In this document: positions 18,879 to 24,000 of the stretch, piece after piece
How positions within the stretch are numbered: position 1 is the stretch's first letter
Layout of the letters: the number at the start of each line of letters is the position of its first letter
Source: Brenneria nigrifluens DSM 30175 = ATCC 13028
Lineage (GTDB): Bacteria; Pseudomonadota; Gammaproteobacteria; Enterobacterales; Enterobacteriaceae
Length of the DNA: 24,000 nucleotides
Reading direction: 5' to 3'
NCBI RefSeq assembly: GCF_005484965.1
Contig: NZ_CP034036.1
Location: 1,328,468-1,352,467, forward strand
Notes under the pieces: model-generated
Database searches by the model: none
Told to the model about the DNA's origin: nothing
The model's input: the letters and a program-made list of their open reading frames with translations, nothing else
Translations under genes and position numbers: made by a program

Positions 18879-19470
18879 CGTCGAACTGCACGCCGCCAAC
18901 GGCTATCTGATCAATCAGTTTATCGACTCGCAGGCTAATGCGCGCACCGACGAGTACGGCGGCAGCCTGCCCAACCGCCTGCGTTTTCTGCGCGAGGTGG
19001 TGGAGGCGGTGGCCAGCGTTACCGGCGCGCAGCGTCTTGGGGTGCGGCTCGCCCCGTTGACCACCTTGCAGGGCGCCGTGGATGACACCCCGCAGGCGAC
19101 CTATCTCGGCGCGGCCCGGCTACTGGACGATCTGGGCGTGGCCTATATTCATATCGCCGAGGCGGACTGGGAGGATGCGCCGGATATGCCCGCGGCGTTT
19201 AAAGAGGCGCTGCGCCTGATCTACCGCGGTACGCTGATCTACGCCGGCAAGTATACGCCGACGCGCGCCGAGCAGGCGCTGCGCAACGGCTGGGCCGACC
19301 TGATCGGCTTTGGGCGGCCGTTTATCGCCAATCCGGATCTGCCGGCGCGTTTGCGGCTGGGATTGCCGTTGAATGAACCCGACGCCAGCCGCTTTTTCGG
19401 CGGCGGGGCCGAAGGCTATACCGACTATCCCCGTGCGCGGTCGGCAGGGCGGTCGGGAGGCAAGGAATGA
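18879..19470 (+). pseudogene. Old yellow enzyme / N-ethylmaleimide reductase-like (NemA-type) C-terminal remnant
   Basis: The frame of the 18439..19470 ORF encodes VELHAANGYLINQFIDSQANARTDEYGGSLPNRLRFLREVVEAV...YAGKYTPTRAEQALRNGWADLIGFGRPFIANPDLPARLRLGLPLNEPD...YPRA. These are hallmark OYE motifs, and the N-terminal ~half is missing. Confidence 0.88.
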
Positions 19471-19568
19471 GTCGGCGCCGCCCCCATCCGGGCGTCTGGG
19501 CGCTGGCCGTGACGGCTTTCGCCATCGGCGCCTATCCCCCCAATAGGTTTCAAGATAGGTTAACGTAG
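19467..19568 (+). pseudogene. MFS transporter N-terminal stub
   Basis: The ATG overlaps the OYE stop (ATGA). MSRRRPHPGVWALAVTAFAIGAYPPNRFQDRLT* resembles the start of an MFS efflux permease (xxVWALAVxAFAIGxxE) cut after ~22 aa. Confidence 0.5.
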
Positions 19569-19607
19569 CCGCGGCTTGAAAGAGGACGGGACAGGACACG
19601 CCATACC

Positions 19608-19630
19608 GGCGGCAGCTTGTCGCTGCCGCC
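19608..19630 (+). terminator. Strong hairpin downstream of the MFS stub (terminator-like)
   Basis: GGCGGCAGC TTGTC GCTGCCGCC, 9-bp perfect stem with a 5-nt loop, followed by ATTCCTTTGCATTTCTT (weak T-rich tail). Confidence 0.4.
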
Positions 19631-19753
19631 ATTCCTTTGCATTTCTTGTGATAGATTGAAAAAAAACCGTATACAGTGGCGGTATCGGATAAGGCTGTCG
19701 CGGCCAATCCGGTAATGGGATGGCGATCGCCAATAGCTTTCCTTTGAGGTTGC

Positions 19754-19867
19754 TGACAAAGTCGTCTGTAAGCCGGAGATACCCGGGCCTACCGTACCGA
19801 GGGGCGCTCCGGCGGCTTACGCCGCTACGGCCCCTCGCCACGCTCTCCCTAATAACAGGCTTTGTCA
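19754..19867. repeat. Compact palindromic intergenic element (MITE- or BIME-like candidate)
   Basis: 8-bp perfect terminal inverted repeats TGACAAAG / CTTTGTCA enclose an internal stem GAGGGGC...CGGCG gctta CGCCG...GCCCCTC. No coding content. Confidence 0.45.
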
Positions 19868-19912
19868 ATGGTCTGTTCCTTTTTCATTCTTTTCATCGGG
19901 GTGACTGAATAG

Positions 19913-20689
19913 ATGAGCTATCTCAAAGCGTTGACGGTTGTTATTGTCTGCTGCGTGTTGCTGCTGCCACTTTGGCAGAGTTATGCCAAAGCCATGCAGC
20001 GCGGAGATACCTTTACCGGCCAGAGTTGGTGGGGAACCAGGCGCGACTCCGCGGGGATGGCGCCGGATGCGGTGAAATTCCGTCAAACGGCGATAGTGCA
20101 AATCTATGCGGCGCCCGCCTACGGCTGGCGAGGGCGGGTGGCGGTGCATCCGTGGATCATCTTCAAGAAAGCCGGCGAAACCCAATACAGCCGCTATGAG
20201 GTCACCCGCTGGGGCGATGAGAATGTTATTCGTCTTAACCGCTCGATCCCCGACGGCTACTGGTATGGCGCGCGCCCGTCGTTGTTGGCGGATCATCGCG
20301 GTGCGGCGGCCGAAGCGATGATCCCGCGGATTGAGGCGGCGATCAAAAGTTATCCTTATCCCCAGACCTACCGCGCCTGGCCCGGTCCGAACAGCAATAC
20401 CTTTATCGCCCATATCGGCAGGGAAGTGCCGGCGCTGAAGCTGGATATGCCGGCCAACGCCATCGGCAAAGATTACCGTGCGTTAACGCGTCCGATCGGC
20501 TTGCCCCCTTCCGGCAAGGGCGTGCAGGTTTCATTGCTGGGCGTGCTGGGTTTTACCTTGGGCGCGGAGGAGGGTATCGAGGTCAATGTGTTGGGGATTA
20601 ATGTGGGTGTGGATCTCACCTCCCCGGCGCTGCGTTTGCCGTTTATCGGTCGGTTTGGCTATGACGATGCGCCAAAGAATGAAAGTTGA
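19913..20689 (+). CDS. DUF3750 family protein (putative membrane/periplasmic)
   Basis: N-terminal TM/signal MSYLKALTVVIVCCVLLLPLWQS; RQTAIVQIYAAPAYGWRGRVAVHPWIIFKKAGETQYSRYEVTRWG...YWYGARPSLLADHRGAAAEAMIPRIEAAIKSYPYPQTYRAWPGPNSNTFIAHIGREVP. Family recalled from W(I/V)...WPGPNSNTF-type motifs. Confidence 0.8.
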   Translation: MSYLKALTVVIVCCVLLLPLWQSYAKAMQRGDTFTGQSWWGTRRDSAGMAPDAVKFRQTAIVQIYAAPAYGWRGRVAVHPWIIFKKAGETQYSRYEVTRWGDENVIRLNRSIPDGYWYGARPSLLADHRGAAAEAMIPRIEAAIKSYPYPQTYRAWPGPNSNTFIAHIGREVPALKLDMPANAIGKDYRALTRPIGLPPSGKGVQVSLLGVLGFTLGAEEGIEVNVLGINVGVDLTSPALRLPFIGRFGYDDAPKNES

Positions 20690-20750
20690 GAGCAAGCCAG
20701 GCTTCGCCCGAATAGCGGAATATTGACCACTATTCGAACGGCAATTATCC

Positions 20751-20773
20751 GCGCCATAAACGGCGCTTTTATT
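20751..20773 (+). terminator. Probable rho-independent terminator of the DUF3750 gene
   Basis: GCGCC ATAAAC GGCGC TTTTATT, with a short 5-bp GC stem followed by a T-rich tract, ~60 bp after the stop. Confidence 0.5.
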
Positions 20774-20832
20774 AAATGCAATTAATGGCAATCCTTTTTC
20801 ATTTTTTTGTTTTGACTGGTCTGAACCCATCA

Positions 20833-20847
20833 ATTACCGTCGGTAAT
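20833..20847. promoter_or_regulatory. Small perfect dyad upstream of the MetQ-like operon
   Basis: ATTACCG T CGGTAAT, 7-bp perfect arms around one base, ~184 bp upstream of the metQ-like start. Confidence 0.3.
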
Positions 20848-21030
20848 CAATAAATACGCCGTGATTGCCGAGAGTAATGATTAGGTTGCCGCCACATATT
20901 CCTCCATAAATTTCGGGTCGCCGAAAAACCACCTGCAACTAATTCCGCGTCCGACATAACGGGGATGTTCAGAATATTATCAGCAGTCATGGCGCAGTAA
21001 AACGCTGAGTCGTAAAGAGGAAATATTATA

Positions 21031-21867
21031 ATGAAAAATAGATACGTAAGGATGTTGAGCAAACTGTTCGCCGGCGCGATGTGCTCTTTGGCGCTAGCGG
21101 TTCAGGCCGCGGAGGTGGTGAAAATCGGCTCCACCGCCGGGGCGACGTCCGATGCCATTCTGGCCGTGGTCGATGAGGCGAAGGCGCAGGGGATCGATGT
21201 GCAACTGGTGGAATTTACCGATTGGACTTTGCCTAATGAAGCGCTGAATAACGGCGATATCGATCTGAATTTTTTCCAGCATGAGCCATTCCTGCAAAAT
21301 GCCATCAAAGAACGCGGATATAAATTAAAGAATATCGGTTTTGGTTTATTGCAAAATATCGGTATCTATTCGAATAAAATAACCGATCTGAACGCGGTGC
21401 CGCAGGGCGCGAAGGTCGGTGTACCCAACGACCCGGTAAATCAGGGGCGCGCGCTGCTGCTGTTGCAGAAAGCGAATCTTGTCAAACTACGCAACGGCGA
21501 GGCCACGGACGCCACGCTGGATGACGTGACGGACAATCCGCATAAGCTGAAATTTTTCGAGATAGAAGGGCCGCAGCTGATCCGTTCCCTGCAGGATCTC
21601 GATCTCTCCATCGTCTGGCCTTCCTATTTCTTTAACGCCGGGATCCCGGAGAAAGCCAGTCAGGCGCTGCTCTATTCCGGCGTCAGCGATACCTACTACG
21701 CCATGAATTTCACCGCCCGCAGCGATCGCGCCGACGATCCGCTGTTACGGAAATTTATCAGCATTTACCAGAACTCCGCCGCGGTGCGCGATACCATCGC
21801 CAAACGCTTCAATAACGATCCCAACCTCTATGCGCTGCCCTGGCTCAAGGAGGGCGCGAAGCCATGA
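21031..21867 (+). CDS. MetQ/NlpA-family ABC transporter substrate-binding protein
   Basis: Signal peptide, then EVVKIGSTAGATSDAILAVVDEAKAQGIDVQLVEFTDWTLPNEALNNGDIDLNFFQHEPFLQNAIKERGYKL...GVPNDPVNQGRALLLLQKANLVKL: NLPA lipoprotein family motifs. Confidence 0.93.
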   Translation: MKNRYVRMLSKLFAGAMCSLALAVQAAEVVKIGSTAGATSDAILAVVDEAKAQGIDVQLVEFTDWTLPNEALNNGDIDLNFFQHEPFLQNAIKERGYKLKNIGFGLLQNIGIYSNKITDLNAVPQGAKVGVPNDPVNQGRALLLLQKANLVKLRNGEATDATLDDVTDNPHKLKFFEIEGPQLIRSLQDLDLSIVWPSYFFNAGIPEKASQALLYSGVSDTYYAMNFTARSDRADDPLLRKFISIYQNSAAVRDTIAKRFNNDPNLYALPWLKEGAKP

Positions 21868-23045
21868 GTCTGGCGGGCGTGGTGATGAAAACGATACTGG
21901 ATTGGGGTAAAACGGCGGCGGGCGCGCAGTCTGTCGCCGGGGCGTCCTCCGACGTATCGGCGCCGCGCGGCGCATCCGGCTCTTCGGTGACCTTTGAGCG
22001 CCTTTCCCGGGTTTACCCTTCGCCGAATAAGCCGGTACAGGCATTGACGGATATCAGTCTGACCATTCCGGCGGGGTGCATTTTCGGCATTATCGGTCGC
22101 AGCGGCGCGGGCAAGTCCAGCCTGCTGCGCACCATTAACCGTCTGGAGAGGCCGACGGTCGGCAGGGTGCTTATCGACGACGTCGATATCAGTACCCTTG
22201 ATGAAAACCAACTGGTGAACCTGCGCCGCCGCGTCGGCATGATTTTTCAGCATTTCAACCTGCTGGCGGCCAGAACGGTGTGGGAGAACGTGGCGTTGCC
22301 GTTGCGGGTGGCCGACGTGCCGCAGGAACAGATCGAGCGGCGCGTGGCCGAACTGCTGGCGCTGGTGGGGCTGCAGGATAAACGCAACGTCTACCCGAGC
22401 CGCCTCTCGGGCGGGCAGAAGCAGCGGGTAGGCATTGCGCGCGCCTTGGCCACCGCGCCGGACGTGTTGCTGTGCGACGAGGCCACGTCGGCGCTGGATC
22501 CGGAAACCACCCAGTCTATTCTGCAGCTGCTGCGCGATATCAATCGGCGCCTGGGCATTACCATCGTAGTGATCACCCATGAGATGAGCGTGATCCGTGA
22601 AATAGCCGAACGGGTGCTGGTGCTGGAGCAGGGGCGCATCGCCGAGTTGGGCGAGGTCTGGCGGGTTTTCGGATCGCCGCAACACGAGGCGACGAAAGCG
22701 CTGCTGGCGCCGTTGCAGCACGGCGTACCGGATGATTTGCTGCGCCGTCTGCGGCCGCAGCCGGCGTCGAACGGCGACGGCGATCGGATTTGGCAACTCT
22801 CATACAGCGGCGAAGGAGGACTGGAGCCGGATTTCACCCGCATCGCCCAGGCGCTGCAAACGCCGGTGCGTCTGGTTTATGGCGGGATGGATCGCATTCA
22901 GGGCCATGCGCACGGACGTCTGCTGCTGGCGGCGTCGGCCGCGGCGCCGCTGCCGGATTTCACCAGCCTTACGCAGGGGCCGCAGGCCATTGCGCATCAA
23001 ATTGAGGTGATTGGTTATGTTCCCTTCGCTTTCCATTCCGCCTGA
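21864..23045 (+). CDS. MetN-like ABC transporter ATP-binding protein with C-terminal NIL-type domain
   Basis: VTFERLSRVYPSPNKPVQALTDISLTIPAGCIFGIIGRSGAGKSSLLRTINRLERPTVGRVLIDDVDIS...LSGGQKQRVGIARALATAPDVLLCDEATSALDPETTQSIL; C-terminal LQALQTPVRLVYGGMDRIQGHAHGRLLL... Overlaps the metQ-like gene by ATGA. Confidence 0.95.
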   Translation: MSLAGVVMKTILDWGKTAAGAQSVAGASSDVSAPRGASGSSVTFERLSRVYPSPNKPVQALTDISLTIPAGCIFGIIGRSGAGKSSLLRTINRLERPTVGRVLIDDVDISTLDENQLVNLRRRVGMIFQHFNLLAARTVWENVALPLRVADVPQEQIERRVAELLALVGLQDKRNVYPSRLSGGQKQRVGIARALATAPDVLLCDEATSALDPETTQSILQLLRDINRRLGITIVVITHEMSVIREIAERVLVLEQGRIAELGEVWRVFGSPQHEATKALLAPLQHGVPDDLLRRLRPQPASNGDGDRIWQLSYSGEGGLEPDFTRIAQALQTPVRLVYGGMDRIQGHAHGRLLLAASAAAPLPDFTSLTQGPQAIAHQIEVIGYVPFAFHSA

Positions 23046-23679
23046 ACGCTATACGCAAGCGTTGGTCGATACGCTGACCATGGTCGGCGTATCGGGGAGT
23101 ATCGCCTTTGTCGCCGGTATTCCGCTGGCGGTGATGCTGATTATGACCTCGCCGGGCGGCTTGGTTGCCTCTCCCCGTTTCCACCGCGTGGTGGGCGGGG
23201 TGATCAACGGTTTCCGCGCCACGCCGTTTATCGTCATGCTGGTGGCGCTGATCCCGTTTACCCGTTGGGTGGCGGGCACCACCATCGGCGTGTGGGCGGC
23301 GATTGTGCCGCTGGCTATCAGCGCCACGCCGTTTTTTGCGCGCATCGTCGAGGTTAACCTGCGTGAAGTCGATCCCGGACTCGTCGAGGCGGCCCAGGCG
23401 ATGGGCTGTAAAAAATGGCATATCGTGCGTTATGTCTATTTGCCGGAAGCGCTGCCGGGGATTGTCGGCGGTTTCACCATTACGCTGGTGGCGCTTATCA
23501 GCTCGTCGGCGATGGCCGGCGCGGTGGGCGCCGGAGGGCTGGGGGATCTGGCGATCCGCTATGGCTATCAGCGCTTCGACAGTCAGGTGATGGTCATCGT
23601 TATCGCCATCCTGATCGCCATGGTGACCGTGGTGCAGCTTATCGGCGACCGCTACTCCCGCTGGCTGCGCAATCGCTAG
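23017..23679 (+). CDS. MetI-like ABC transporter permease
   Basis: QALVDTLTMVGVSGSIAFVAGIPLAVMLIMTSPGG...VVGGVINGFRATPFIVMLVALIPFTRWVAGTTIG...EVDPGLVEAAQAMGCKKWHIVRYVYLPEALPGIVGGFTITLVALISSSAMAGAVGAGGLGDLAIRYGYQRF. The ORF-track start at 23011 is a TTG; an ATG is present at 23017. Confidence 0.94.
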   Translation: MFPSLSIPPERYTQALVDTLTMVGVSGSIAFVAGIPLAVMLIMTSPGGLVASPRFHRVVGGVINGFRATPFIVMLVALIPFTRWVAGTTIGVWAAIVPLAISATPFFARIVEVNLREVDPGLVEAAQAMGCKKWHIVRYVYLPEALPGIVGGFTITLVALISSSAMAGAVGAGGLGDLAIRYGYQRFDSQVMVIVIAILIAMVTVVQLIGDRYSRWLRNR

Positions 23680-23786
23680 GATGGCGCTTGCGTTAAGCTG
23701 ATTATTCCTGTCGGCGCGGCCATTGCAGACGTTACTCCCGCTTCGATATGAATTTGCGCGGTGAAATATACGCCGTACCAGCAATA

Positions 23787-23828
23787 AACCATTGGCGCGG
23801 GGTTGTGGCGCCACCCCGCGCCATGGTT
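23787..23828. other. Very strong GC hairpin downstream of the MetI-like gene
   Basis: AACCAT(t)GGCGCGGGGT TGTGGCGCC ACCCCGCGCCATGGTT, 16 paired bases per arm with one bulged T. Confidence 0.6.
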
Positions 23829-24000
23829 GACAACAAGATTAAAGATGGCTGCCTATGGAAAGACACCCCGACAACATCAAGGTTGATGAGATACAGACCA
23901 GCCAAAATACGTTTTTCATATAATCTCCGATGGCATCAAAAATACCTGAAGGTGAGCGGACAAATTAATTAAAACAGCGACACGCAGCCCGTTAACATAA

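Noticed and set aside
18341-19470. Novel SGNH hydrolase-OYE fusion enzyme
   Set aside because: The two homologous segments are in different reading frames, both lack essential parts, and the OYE part has no start in its own frame near the junction that would give a complete domain.
20847-21062. 71-aa minus-strand ORF upstream of the MetQ-like gene
   Set aside because: No recognisable motif. It overlaps the start of the MetQ-like gene, and a short hydrophobic stretch alone is not enough to call a gene.
21828-22796. 322-aa minus-strand ORF opposite the MetN-like gene
   Set aside because: Shadow ORF antisense to an ATPase with complete ABC motifs. No independent family signature.
22969-23814. 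Long minus-strand ORF (281 aa) opposite metI-like gene
   Set aside because: Antisense to a clear MetI permease. The His/Arg/Asp-rich low-complexity composition is typical of a spurious frame.
23748-23972. 74-aa ORF at the right edge
   Set aside because: It spans the strong hairpin, has no family resemblance, and the surrounding region looks intergenic.

Overview
This 24 kb window looks like an enterobacterial (Enterobacterales-like) chromosomal segment. Reading left to right it contains: the 3' end of an aldehyde dehydrogenase gene; a VOC/glyoxalase gene; an AraC-type regulator gene; a zone of gene remnants (IclR C-terminus, CitX C-terminus, and the 3' tail of an ArgT/HisJ-like binding protein); a complete D-allose locus in the E. 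coli-like order rpiB / alsR(rpiR)-alsB-alsA-alsC-alsE-alsK; an ArgT/HisJ-like binding protein; a methionine-type aminotransferase (ybdL-like); a GcvA-like LysR regulator; a broken isocitrate lyase/PEP mutase-family gene; a thiosulfate-uptake-like pair (YeeE/YedE + TusA-like); a divergent LysR/MFS pair; an internally deleted LysR gene; an SGNH-hydrolase / old-yellow-enzyme / MFS-stub scar; a DUF3750-type gene; and a MetQ-MetN-MetI-like ABC operon. I found no CRISPR array, phage, transposase, tRNA or rRNA, and no convincing candidate for an entirely new system. The most notable signal is the repeated pattern of short internal deletions and remnant-to-remnant joins without any visible insertion sequence. 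Several near-perfect palindromes and hairpins in regulatory positions are the next most notable. All product calls come from reading protein motifs and recalling family features; no database search was run.
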